NCBI GenBank assembly: GCA_965112155.1
Contig: OZ218099.1
Reading direction: 5' to 3' (one strand)
Origin: Podarcis liolepis
Taxonomy: Eukaryota
Length of the DNA stretch: 64,000 nucleotides
A program made the position numbers and the translations under genes. This document shows positions 24,387 to 35,885 of the stretch, piece by piece; the stretch's first letter is position 1; each line of letters begins with the position of its first letter. The notes beneath the pieces are model-generated. The model was not told where the DNA came from. It saw nothing but the letters and a program-made list of their open reading frames with translations, and did no database searches.

Positions 24387-25192
24387 TAGTTGCAGAAGCT
24401 CAGCAGGAGGCTAGTCTTTTAACCCATTTCATACAGGAAACTTAATCAGGAGCATAAATTTCTGGGAACAGAAACTTCTCCCTCAAACCCTTCTGAATGC
24501 CAGTCCTAAAATCTTGGTGAAAACCCTTGTGAATGTTATTGACTTGGTGAAATCCGCATGATAAGCATTTTACATTTCAGTGGCTTGTTGAATGGAGCCA
24601 GCCACCGTGTGGTTCAATTTTCAAACCATTACCGTGGGGCTATTGCTTGTCCAAGACTACATCTTCCCTTAGCAAAATAATTTCCACCTTTTATTTGACA
24701 TCAAGTCAAAGATCGATGCTGTTGCTGCTATGGGCCATGGATGATTTCTAAAGGGGTTCTCCCAAACTTTTCATCAACTCATTTGCTCCAATTGGGCAAT
24801 TGGCTATAAGTAAGTGCTGACCTTGATCCAGATTTAGATGCATGGTATCCTTGAGTTCTCCACGCCACAGTGATGGACATTCCTTAAATTTGTATTTATT
24901 GTAGAATTGGTTTGAAAGTTTTGGTTTCCACAAATTCTGCATGATTAAAAATAAAATACGCCCAAGTGGCAGAGGGATTTAGAAGGAAAGTGTTACTGCA
25001 CCTTAAACTGCAGTGGTTCAGTGATGTTCTTTTTCACTCTTTAAGCCCCTGGTAATTCTCTTGTCATTAGGCTAAGTATTCACTGGTATGGTTGGGTTAA
25101 TGCGATGTGTGGATATCCTGAGATAACAGTGATTTGGTGCCATAATGAGTTTCCTGAACAGTAAGTGTAATATTCACTTTCTTTTGTTACAG

Positions 25193-25250
25193 ATGGAAGA
25201 GAAACGGCGAAAGTACTCGATCAGCAGTGATAACTCAGACACCACTGACA
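25193..25250 (+). CDS. JADE2: JADE2 (Jade family PHD finger 2 / PHF15) first coding exon
   Basis: TTTCTTTTGTTACAG|ATG; encodes MEEKRRKYSISSDNSDTTD plus 1 nt, the recognisable JADE2 N-terminus; donor A|GTAAGA; 58 nt, phase 1. Confidence 0.96.
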
Positions 25251-26377
25251 GTAAGACCTTTAATTCAAGGCTTTGAACAAGATAACTAAACGATTCACCT
25301 CCAGCAGGGAAAGCATTTGAATAATTACTTTGCAGACAGCCGGGGAAAGCTACATTTTACTGGGTAGTCCCTGAACAATAAATTGTACTTGGGGATTGCT
25401 TTTCAAAATATGCTACAAGACGTTAATATCCACTTGCATATCTGGCAGTGGGGTGCCTTTTGTCTGATCTAAGTGTCCTTCTCCTCCTGTGAGGAAGCCA
25501 TAAAATAAAACTGATTATAAAACTTTGACTCAGACAAAACCCTTGATAGACGGCACACTGCAACCTGTCTTCTCTCATAACAGCTTAGTCAAAGGACACT
25601 GGGCTTCAGGAAGGAGCAAGTGTTTGAAATAAACTTAACTTTAAAACCAAAGTAGTCTTTGGCAAGGCTGGAAGCTATCTGATGGCTACGTTACAGGAAC
25701 AAAAACTGAGGAAGACACTGAACACAAGGAAGCCAAAAAGAGGCGAAGCCTCCAAGTGGTGCTTAGAAGTACAGCATTTTAATAGAAAGATGCAACATGG
25801 TCAACACATTTTGACATACGACTTCTTCCATGTTCAATAAAGTGTTCTGTTTCCAAGCATCATTTTGAGTACTGTATGGGAACTGTTCTGGCTCAGTTTT
25901 CCATCGGTAAATTGTGTAGTTTAGGCTCTTAGCACTTCAAGGGCAGAATGTTTGTTGGCATAAAAACAAACTGTAGGTGGTTAAACTGGGCATATTGTAG
26001 GAATTAGTTTGGGATGTGCAACATGAACACAATTTACTTTAGTGTGCAAATATTATGGACTCTTCTCCGTAACTTCCCATGCTATGTTACCTTTAAACAA
26101 GCTACAAGATGTGGCATTTAAAACCGTGTGACAATGTGCAGCTACTGTCACTTCCTGGAAAAGGAAGGTCATGGCTGTGTTTACAGTTACTCTGCAGGAG
26201 AGCATTTGTCAACAGTTAAAACATCACCTACTGCATAAATACCAAAGTCCAACTGAGATAAGGTGGTGCAGTTTAATACTGTGATTAACAATGTTTTAAC
26301 CCCTCAAGAGCCCTAAAGCTCTCCTGAAAAGTTTTTTAGAGGTTTATTTTTTAGGGTTATTAAAAGCCTGGTGCTGA

Positions 26378-26700
26378 GAGGAAGGGGTGATAGTTCAGGG
26401 ATAGAGCACGTGCCAGGCAGGCAGAAGGTTAAATGGCTGGCATCTCTTGTTAAAGGATGTCCAGTAGCAGCACTACCTGGGAATTGAGTGCAGCCTTCCC
26501 CACTGGTGCTTTGCAGCTGTTGTTAGACTCCCAACTCCCACTCAGTCAGTATTGCAAATGGTCAGGGACGATGGGAGGTGTAGTCCAGAGCCTCTGGAGG
26601 CCACCAGGTGCGTAAAGGCTGATTTAAACAAGACACTGCTAATTGAGCGGACAATACTGGTCTAGATGTTCTAACTCAGTAAGAATCAGCTTCATGTGTT
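26378..26700 (+). mobile_element. Squam3-like SINE split by a hAT MITE (26491-26621)
   Basis: SINE head TAGTTCAGGGATAGAGCAC..CAGAAGG before and tail GACAATACTGGTCTAGATG..AACTCAGTA after a CAGCCTT...AAGGCTG palindromic element. Confidence 0.6.
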
Positions 26701-27959
26701 GTGCTTTGCCTCTTGAGTTGGCCATGTGAGGCTGGATGATTCCACTTTTGGTATCAGACACTTCCTGGGGATTTTCACTTGCTGACCCAAACTTCTAGGT
26801 GGAGTTTAACATTTCTTCCACGTTTAACTTTTTAATACAGGTACACATCCAGGACTTGATACATTCAAATGCAAAATGAGCACAGCATATTATTACACAT
26901 CTTTATATGCAAGTGTCTTTCTTAAAAGAATAACCAAGCACCTCTTAGAATAGAGAGAGAGTCCAAAAGCTATATGCAAGTACAGGACTATGATCTGCAG
27001 TGTTCTTTAACTCATGTAAGAGTAACAACACAGTACAAAAATTGACTTGCGTTAGGTTTTGGGGTAGGTTCCCCCCCACAGATGTTTTCAGAATAGTATG
27101 CATGGGTAGGCCTCAGCATGGCCTATATAGAACTACTTCCATAGCCTTTTACCCCTTGAGGACAGAGTATGTGCATCACTACACATGCCGGCATGCTGGC
27201 AAAGAGTTCATTTACCCATTCAGATTTATAAGTGTCAGACTCAAGGAGGAGTTGACATGTGGGAGGGAAAGTTTGCCCTCCTGACCCACAGAATAAAGCA
27301 AGTTTATTCTGAACCGAGAAAGCCAAAAGAGATAAATGGCAGCATAAGGTTCTATGTTATGATTTAATTGGAACAAGTCAAGCAACAAGGACCTTTTTAG
27401 CCTGCGGGGACTTTTACTGCAATGGCAACAGCAGCTTTCCCCCCCTCTTTTCTTTTTTTCCCTTTTTTTTTTGCAGACTCTCTGCATGGAGAGCCTTTAA
27501 AAAAATTGTAAAGGTGTGATCTCTAGCACTTGAGAGAGGATCAGAACAGAGCTCCTGCATAAACTATTAAAGCAACAGCTAAAAGAGCAAGTTTCTGTGG
27601 CCTTCCTCTAAATAGCAGAACCACATAACAATGGATGGTTTTATCAAATACCCTGGCTGGCATCTTAAATTGGATTAGAAGAGACTTAACACAATTAACA
27701 ACAGTTTGTAATCCTTGAATGTCTGCAACCTGTAAAATCCACTCATTCTGTGACTCCTTGTGTGAGTACTCAGCACCTCATGTGAAGTACACTTCAATGA
27801 CCAATAAAATTAAGGCTTGTTGATGACACTTGAGTTGCTACAAGGGCTCTTGCTGGGCTGCTTCATTGTAGACCTTACCATGTCTAAAAGCTGCCATTCT
27901 TGTCACTTGGTAAAGCACCTGAGTGGAGTTGCTCTAGCAAGAGACTCCTCCCAGGGCCA

Positions 27960-28110
27960 TAGGAAGCTGCCTTAAACTGAGTTTATCTATATTGATCCAT
28001 CTAACTCAGTATTGTCTACATTGACTGGCAGTGGCTCTCCAGGATTTCATGCAGGGCTGTCTCCCAGCCCTACCTGGAGACGCCTGTGGGGCTTGAACCT
28101 GGGAAATGCT
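27960..28110 (-). mobile_element. Squam3-like SINE
   Basis: TAGGAAGCTGCCTTA..CCATCTAACTCAGTATTGTCTACATTGACTGGCAGTGGCTCTCCAGG..CCCAGCCCTACCTGGAGA. Confidence 0.75.
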
Positions 28111-28441
28111 TGCAATGATGGAGCAATCTGCTTAGCTGTGTTGAATCCTTCACTTTGGGTCTGCATAGGTTGGCTCACAGTGACTGAGATATATGATTAG
28201 CACAGGGGGGAAAGCAGGAAGGAATCACCCAACAAAGAGCTAATTAAAAACCTCAGCTTTGTTATGAGATTTCCACTAAGGTTTGTCCACTCTTATTAGG
28301 CTTAAAGCTACTAGCCCATAACTGAAGCAGCACTTGATGCTTCACCTGGATTTGTATTTTCTTAAGACCCAGATGCTTGTCCAAATTAGAAGCATTTGAA
28401 GTACAATAGCTACACAGGATATTCAAGAGCATCATATAGGA

Positions 28442-28576
28442 CAGTGGTTCTCAACCTGTGGGTCCCCAGATGTTTTACTACAACTCCCATCATCCTTGAG
28501 CTCTGACCTTGCTAGCTAGGGGTGATGGGAGTTGTAGTTCACCAACATCTGGGGACACACAGGTTGAGAAAGGCTG
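28442..28576. mobile_element. Palindromic hAT (Buster/Charlie-type) MITE, 135 bp
   Basis: TIR CAGTGGTTCTCAACCTGTG / CACAGGTTGAGAAAGGCTG, self-complementary over most of its length, 8-bp TSD ATATAGGA/ATTTAGGA with central TA. Confidence 0.85.
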
Positions 28577-28914
28577 ATTTAGGAGAAACCTATATTTCCA
28601 ATCAAATAATGCATCTAGCAAAGAGATAATTCAAACAAGAGGCAACAGGAGCAAAACAAAGCTGCTGGCCTCACGTAGAACCAGTTTATATACCTCTGCT
28701 AAGTTTCACCCAGTCGCTTTCTCAGAAGTTCTGGTGCATTGAATTATTCTCCTCAGCAACACAGTTGGTGTTCAGATTGCAGTCCATAGGTCCTGAAGAA
28801 TCTTCAACAAATGAACTGTAAATTTCTTGTTAGACACCAGTTAGATGGTGATTAGACTTTTCTTCATGGAACTCTTGCTGTTGTTATCTTAATGAATTTT
28901 GTTTTCGTTTGAAG

Positions 28915-29000
28915 GTCAGACAACATCAGCTTCAAGATGCTCCAAAATTCCAAATACAAAATCCGGTTGGTCAAGACAGAAGGAGAAGAAACCCTCAGAG
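28915..29000 (+). CDS. JADE2: JADE2 second coding exon
   Basis: TTTTGTTTTCGTTTGAAG|GT CAG...; continues phase 1: (S)QTTSASRCSKIPNTKSGWSRQKEKKPSE; donor GAG|GTAGGT; 86 nt, ends in phase 0. Confidence 0.95.
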
Positions 29001-29047
29001 GTAGGTTGCATTTCATCTTTCTATTCAGCCTCTGTGTTTGGCATTTG

Positions 29048-29050
<3 letters not shown>

Positions 29051-29093
<43 letters not shown>
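29051..29093. repeat. (TG)n microsatellite
   Basis: Direct reading, 50 nt downstream of the exon donor. Confidence 0.95.
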
Positions 29094-29095
<2 letters not shown>

Positions 29096-31825
29096 GTTTA
29101 AATACAAAAAGTAATGTTCTCAAACCTGAAGGTAAGGGCAGCCCTTGACACACCAGCAGGGATCAGAGACACTGGAAGGAAGCCCATATCTCTCTCCTTC
29201 GAAATACATAAACAATTCTAGTGAACTCCCATCTGAAGATGCAGAAAGCACATTAGGTGACTGTCCAGCACCATTTTAGTGCAGGGCCAGAACTCTGCTT
29301 CTCATAACACCTCTCCAGCTAACAGCTGTAGCTGTGGCTAGATCTGGTCCGATGAATTACAGCTATATGATAGTTTAGTTCCCAGTTGAGCTTTGCTAGA
29401 GCTGTCTGTCTAGTTGCTGTCCTTGGTCCTGCAATACCTACTATCTGTTGGCTTTCATTGCACTATTGATCCAGGTAAACCCCTAGTTCATCCCAAACTT
29501 GATTCCAAGACAAATGAAAGCCTCTGCAGACATTCATTCACTGTCATTTGTATTCTGGTTCCACTTTTTGTCTTGATGTGGTAAAACCTTAATTACATGT
29601 TTACTCCTTGATATGCTTACATATGTATATATTTTAATTTTGCACACTGGTGTGGAGCTGTTGGGTAAGCTGTGACCAAGCAGAAGGCATCCAGAGTTGT
29701 GGTATATGACCATCCACAGAAAGACTTGGGGGACGGTCCAGTAAATGGCTTTCCATAGAGCTCACTAAAACCTAGGGCTAGCCTTGAGCATATCGTTTGT
29801 AGATGATGGAATGTTACCATCCATGCAGCACTCATGGATCAGTCTAATGTGTGAATGAGCCTGACACAGTGGGAAATGCTCCAACAGACTTCCATATGGC
29901 TTCCAGTTTCTTTAGCTATTTTAAGACAATAGCTAAATTTGCCTGGATGACGAGTATTGTCAGTAGACCACAGTTTAGAGTTATCCTACATCTCCCAACA
30001 AAAAGCAGTTTGTGTGTGCATTTGGGTGCTGCCAGTTTTAACTACAGCTAAAGATGCAGTGCTGCACTAGTGGCGTTTGGGATGAAGACTCCACATAGTG
30101 CAGGAACGAATGTATTTTATTTGTTTTTTCTAATGTTCATTGGCTGTGCTTCCACTGAAAACTTTGCTTAAGGCAATGCACAATAAAATTAAATGCGCAG
30201 AATAAAAGAAGCAAAACAGCAAACTACAACTCAGCAGAGAACGAAGATCAAATTCTATACTTCAGTTACATTTTTTAGTTTCGCTGCCTGGTACTTGTGG
30301 TGAAGAACAGCTCATTTGACAAGAAAGGTTAGTTATACATATTTCTCTAGGGCCCCAGGAAGTGTGTGACACACAGTACCCAACAGAAGAATCAGATTCC
30401 TCGGAGATGAGGTGAATCACTCATCACAAGCTGAAGGAGAAACAGCCTGGCCCTTTCAAATGACAACTCAGGGTTGGAAAACTGTTCTCTTTGGTTGCCT
30501 GAGGTGTCATTCTCCATTGCTCTAGCAAATACCATTCCTTTTCAAGATACCACGTTTCAGGAATTATGCCTTTGCACAGACTGAGAATACACATTACTGT
30601 AGACTGCAAACATGAATTTTGTTGCCATGTGGGAAGAACTGGCTGTTCATGGTGAACAGGAAAGAAGATATAATGGGTGCTTTTAACACATTTATTTATT
30701 GTGGCTACACCTGTATGTGTGGTTACTGAGATAGAAAGGAATCAAAAGCATATAGACAGGCTTGAATAAAATGGCCTTGTGGAATCTAAAAAACATTCCC
30801 TGTCATAGCGCTGGTGAATCGTCACTAGTGTAAGCATTATTAAATATTTATTTCTAAATTTTAGATTTTTTTTATAAAAAAGTACTTGGAATTAGACAGT
30901 ACTTTCAAGCACTCCACATACAGTGACTTGGATCCCAAGTTGCTCCTCCATTCACACCAGAGAGATGGCAGTTTTTGACTGCACCCCCCATCCCAAATCA
31001 CCCCCAAAGGTTTCACAGTCCCCAGGAGCATATTTTCAGGGGACATCAGAGGAAAGCTGAGACATGAAAGCCCCATGATCGTGAACGCTGTTGTGATCCA
31101 AGCCATTACAATGAAACTCTTACAACAACCCTGCAAGGTGGGTGTGCATTATCAGCCCCGTGTTGTAGATGTGAGTATTGAGGCTGTGAAGCAACCAATG
31201 ACTTGCCTAAAGCTAGACATTAACGGCAGATGTAATACTCTGGGACCTGCTGATTCATAGCTCAGTCTTTTAGCCACTCTGCCACATTGACTCTCCAAGT
31301 GAGTTAAGATGCTGTCTCTGGCACACTAAAAAGCAGCCCTGGATTCTGGAAGGTGTGAGATCCAAGATGAACGACCCTAGGACTGTTCCTCTTGAGGCCG
31401 TGTTCTAGTTCCATCTTTGAGCTGAGATGCCCTTCTTGTTTCCTCTAGATAGAAGCATAGGCAGGAAAGATAAGGAATCAAAGGCATTAGTGCAACATAG
31501 TCATTAGCTAAATCAAGAGTGGTGCTTATTATGAAAGGCTGTGTGACAAGGGATTAGCTATATGCATTTGCAGTGCAACTGGAAAAACGAGCTTCTTTGC
31601 AGAGGAAAAAAACACACCAAGCCTTTTGTCAACACTGAGGTCATTATGCAGCATTATCAGGACACCCAGCAACAAGCCTGAGGCCCGTTCCAAACAGTCA
31701 AGGTAGCTGCCATGTATCTGTGGAGATGGTGAGACTATAGAGTCCTAACATAATATAGGCTTCTGCTTACATATGCGTTAGCAATGTGGTTTACAAACGT
31801 GTGCCATAATGGCTCTCCTTTGTCA

Positions 31826-31829
<4 letters not shown>

Positions 31830-31860
<31 letters not shown>
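31830..31860. repeat. (TA)n microsatellite, left flank of Penelope insertion
   Basis: Direct reading. Confidence 0.95.
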
Positions 31861-31863
<3 letters not shown>

Positions 31864-31912
31864 GGTTTTGGTGTCTTCGGGTGTCTTCCCGTGTAAGAGT
31901 TGGGGTGTCTAG

Positions 31913-31950
31913 GCGACGTTTCGACGAGGTCTCACTCGTCATCTTCAGGC
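31913..31950 (-). ncRNA. Minimal hammerhead ribozyme motif (antisense copy)
   Basis: Exact reverse complement of 33234-33271. Confidence 0.7.
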
Positions 31951-32074
31951 TGGTGCTTTCGGCTTCTTGTTACTGGAACAGAGCAGGATCTCAGTGTTTG
32001 AGTTCCTATAAATACTGTTGAGGGGGTGTGGTGTATAGCCTCAAACGTTCTGGGCAGAGAGGAAGTTCCAGGTT

Positions 32075-32998
32075 ACTCTCATCTCCAGAACCAAACGCCT
32101 GGCTGACAAAGACCACTTGACAACTGAGTTACAGAATCTCTCAAATGTGTTAATCGCCAATGGATACCAGCAAAACAGGGTTACGAAGCTAATCCAAAAA
32201 GAAACACCCCCCAAAAACCAAGACACAGAAGAAAACAATGGCATGGCCCTCCTTCCTTATATCAAGGGTACTACAGATAAAATTAGCAAAATCCTCCATA
32301 AACACAATATCAAAACAGCCTTTTGCACCAACCAAAAAATAGCCAATATCCTCAGAAACCCCAAAGATAAAATCCAGTTGGAAAACCAAGGGGTCTATGA
32401 AATACCCTGCAAAGTCTGCCCAGCCACGTACATTGGACAAACAAACAGACGAATAAATGCACGTATCGCAGAACACAAGAATGCCGTCAAAAAAGAAGAA
32501 AAAACTTCCTCTCTTTTCCAACACATGAAAGAAACAGGACACGAAATTAATTTTGCAGATTCCAAATTGCTCTTTAACATGGAACATCACCACAAGAGAA
32601 TAATCATGGAAGCCATCGAGATAGAGAAACACCCTCACAACATGAACAAGCGTGACGACACGTCCCGCCTGCCAGACATCTGGAAATTAGCCCTCCCCAC
32701 AAAAACCGACACCAGAACCAGAGGCACACAGAACGCCATCACCAATCAACCACACCAGACCCAAACCCAGACCCTCTCCACAGATAAATTACAGACACCA
32801 TCCAGTAGCCAAACCATAGTGGCACCTCCGGATGCTGCACCCCCCTGCAATCCCTACACAGATCTGGCTGGCACAGGGCACAAAACCACAGCTCGCCCCT
32901 ATACACGAAGCCAAGCCAGAGCACAACTAAGTGCAGTACAGCCATCTTCTCAGAAAAACTCTTCACAAGCTCAAGAGGTCAAGACACGAAAGCTTTAG
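32075..32998 (+). pseudogene. Penelope ORF C-terminal part: RT thumb end, linker and GIY-YIG endonuclease (RT core missing)
   Basis: Open frame TLISRTKRLADKDHLTTELQNLSNVLIANGY..LPYIKGTTDKISKIL..GVYEIPCKVCPATYIGQTNRRINARIAEH..FQHMKETGH..RIIMEAIEI..NMN with GVY/YIG, Arg, His, Glu, Asn and CCHH residues. First in-frame ATG is at 32243. Confidence 0.92.
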
Positions 32999-33233
32999 CA
33001 ACTAATCCACACCTAATGACCCACCTAAGTGGTACTCAGAATATCACTCAAGAAATCACTCAAGATATCCCTCAAGTAATTAAGGAACAAAAGAAGAAAA
33101 GGCACACTAACCTGGGAACTTCCTCTCTGCCCAGAACGTTTGAGGCTATACACCACACCCCCTCAACAGTATTTATAGGAACTCAAACACTGAGATCCTG
33201 CTCTGTTCCAGTAACAAGAAGCCGAAAGCACCA

Positions 33234-33271
33234 GCCTGAAGATGACGAGTGAGACCTCGTCGAAACGTCGC
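33234..33271 (+). ncRNA. Minimal type I hammerhead ribozyme motif of the Penelope pLTR
   Basis: GC-CUGAAGA-U-GACGAG-ugagac-CUCGUC-GAAAC-GUC^-GC: conserved core, 6-bp stem II, palindromic ACGU in place of stem III, predicted cleavage after C33269. Stem I has only 2 clear pairs. Confidence 0.75.
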
Positions 33272-33356
33272 CTAGACACCCCAACTCTTACACGGGAAGA
33301 CACCCGAAGACACCAAAACCTGCATTCCTGTACCCGTGAAAATCTACGAAAGCATG

Positions 33357-33402
<46 letters not shown>
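33357..33402. repeat. (TA)8(CA)15 compound microsatellite, right flank of Penelope insertion
   Basis: Direct reading. Confidence 0.95.
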
Positions 33403-33405
<3 letters not shown>

Positions 33406-33622
33406 TTTGACAGCCTGAAGATGTATTTGAGTGGTGATAAAGCATAGTGAAATCGTAGTATGGATGGAATTGCAAGGCTTTTCACTGTTCACCTGTGTCT
33501 GTTCCTCTTATTCAGGGGCTGGCTAGTGACATATACCAAGGGAATATGTATGTAAAGAAGTACAACCAAAGGAATTGGGGAATACCCTTCTTTTGGCTGC
33601 CACAGCACAGGTTAGCCAGATA

Positions 33623-33844
33623 CAGTGGTACCTCGCGTTACAGACGCTTCAGGTTACAGACTCCACCAACCCAGAAATAGTACCTTGGGCTAAGAACTTT
33701 GCTTCAGGATGAGAACAGAAATTGCGCGGCGGCGGGAGGCCCCATTAGCTAAAGCGGCACCTCGGGTTAAGAACAGTTTCAGGTTAAGAACAGACCTCCA
33801 GAACGAAGTAAGTTCTTAACCCGAGTACTAAAAACAAAAGACTG
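33623..33844. mobile_element. Tigger/pogo-like MITE
   Basis: TA|CAGTGGTACCTCG left TIR; right end AACCCGAGTAC...ACTG|TA interrupted by an A-rich insert; internal GGTTAAGAAC repeats. Confidence 0.8.
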
Positions 33845-34654
33845 TACAGTATGCGGTTAAGTGATCTTAAGTGTGACAACCTCTTTTGCCCTTTTCCAAT
33901 CCTGCAAGACCTCTGTCATCACCTTCCCATTGTTCCCTGAGTTTCTGGTTCCTGGCCTCTGAACAGCATTTAGATCTGACCTTGCTGTGTTTGGGATCCA
34001 TATTAGCTGGGAGCTGCCAGAAATTGTCCACTGAAACTATCAACTTAATGTAGCCATTCAAAGGGCAAATGGCATACTAAGAACCAATAGTAAAGACTAT
34101 ATACGTAATGCCTCATTTACAATTATATTCTGCCTGCCTTTTGAATATTGAGCACCATTTTTGGTTGCTGTCGTATGGAAAGGATTTAGTAGACTTTGGA
34201 AAATAAAGCAGAATAAATTGACCAGGAACATGGACCAGGGGCCTTAGATAGCAAAAGGGAGAGATGGATGGTAGTACTATATCCGCATAGTACTGCTCTA
34301 TAGCAAAAGTGAACGAGGAGATGCTTACTTAAACACACAGGTTTTAAAACAGATGGAAGGAGATACTTTTACACAACTCACTATTAACCCAAAGAACTAA
34401 TTATATCGGGAAGGAGTGAAGGCTAACTTGCAACCAAAAAAGGTTTTTATATTTTCAAAGAAGTGCATCAGTGGTTTTGACCAAGATGGAATGTGGATTA
34501 AATTCTGCATAAGCCTTTTTGTATACCTCTTCTGAAATTGCCAATACTTGCTGCTTTCAGAAAAAGGGTTGAAAACATCAATCACTTTCTAATACATAGG
34601 ATTCAGAACAATTATTCACCATGGGGCCAGTTCTCAAACACACACTAATGAGAA

Positions 34655-34746
34655 CAACACAATCCTATAAAAGTCTACTCAGAAATATATCCTGTTGAGC
34701 TCTATGGGACCTGATCCCACATAAAGACGTGTAGGATTGTAGCCCT
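34655..34746. mobile_element. Short palindromic interspersed element (ACAATCCTA...TAGGATTGT family)
   Basis: Self-complementary ends; related copies at ~17200-17305, ~37410-37480, ~53270-53350 and ~59950-60010. Confidence 0.5.
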
Positions 34747-35799
34747 CAGTGCCTAATCTAGGTTCCAGTCCCACATCCAAGCTTAAGTGAAAGCATTAAG
34801 ATAAAAGCCAATTCATTCCCATGGCTCCAAGTCCCTATCTAGCTGCCCATGCTGGTCTTGGAACTCACATTCCCATTTCTTGCCAAAAAGGTCCTGAACT
34901 TTGAGCAAAACAAAGCATTGCAATTCAAATTAAGCATGTTTATGAAAAATGGCCTTATCTTCTAGTTAAAAGCAGTTTTATTCTTTGTTTTAGTTTTGAA
35001 GTCCAAAACAGAATCAAAAGCTTTCGATCTCAGCCAGAAGCAGATTTCACACAAACACAGAAAAGTTAACCAAAGAGGAAGGAACTCTGGTGTTTTCCAG
35101 GGACGCTTAAAGCAAGCTAGGTGTCTAGCAGCCCCAGATTTGCCAATCTGCAGCTGCTTTTAAAAGCATTGGCTGTTGGTGGAGGGTTTAAAGTGCCAGT
35201 TGAATTCTAGTGAGATTGGCTAGAGCTTTTGTACGTGAATAAAACAGCCTTGAAACGGATATAGAAAAATTAATAGGAAAGCAAGTGAAGAGGCTGATGG
35301 GAAGAGAGAAAAGTGAAGTGGTTAGATGTGAAGCAGAAGTGGTTTTGTGCCAAGCCAGTGAAAAGCAGCACATTATGGGAGATGGAGAATTTCAACAGTT
35401 GCAAAGGGGTCTGACAAAACTGCTGACCATTATCATCTTCAGGTTTCTCTTGTTTGTACGCGTCACTGGGGTAATAAAGTTGAGTCTTCAATGCAGCAAG
35501 AAAATGGCTTCTAAAATTATCTTCCTCTAGATTAGGGTCCAGTGGAAGTCTGTTTATGGTGGTGAAATCCCGCTTGTTTCAGCACTTTGCAGAGCATATA
35601 GGCACTTCTCGTGGTAGGCATGTACTTACTGTGGACTGCTAGCCACAAATATGCTTAAACTGCTTAATTGATTTGACTTCCCTGTATTTAAAGCAATTTT
35701 ATTGCTTGTAGAGTTCCTACTTGTTTGGTCCTGTTGGTCAGCTGACTGTCAGTTGGAAACCAGACAGCGGCGGTGGTGGTGGTGGTGGTGGTGGGAATC

Positions 35800-35885
35800 T
35801 TCAGAGCCCTATTGGAAGATGCTGGGGATTGAATCAGGAAACTTCTTCCTACAGAGCAGATGCTCTGCTACTGAGCTACAGTGCT
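35800..35885 (-). mobile_element. Squam3-like SINE head
   Basis: GATGCTGGGGATTGAATCAGGAAACTTC..AGCAGATGCTCTGCTACTGAGCTA. Confidence 0.65.

Larger units (their letters stand above)
31859..33356 (+). mobile_element. 5'-truncated Penelope-like retroelement (Poseidon/Penelope group) with inverted pseudo-LTRs
   Basis: GIY-YIG ORF; 31859-32075 is the reverse complement of 33108-33325 apart from one missing C; ~31-nt unique 3' tail (33326-33356); hammerhead motif in each repeat; (TA)n on both sides. Confidence 0.93.

Noticed and set aside
28911-28920. AG|GT at exon starts (also 52651-52654) as recursive splice sites
   Set aside because: The reconstituted donors (GTCAGA, GTTTTT) are poor and the GT is dictated by conserved codons.
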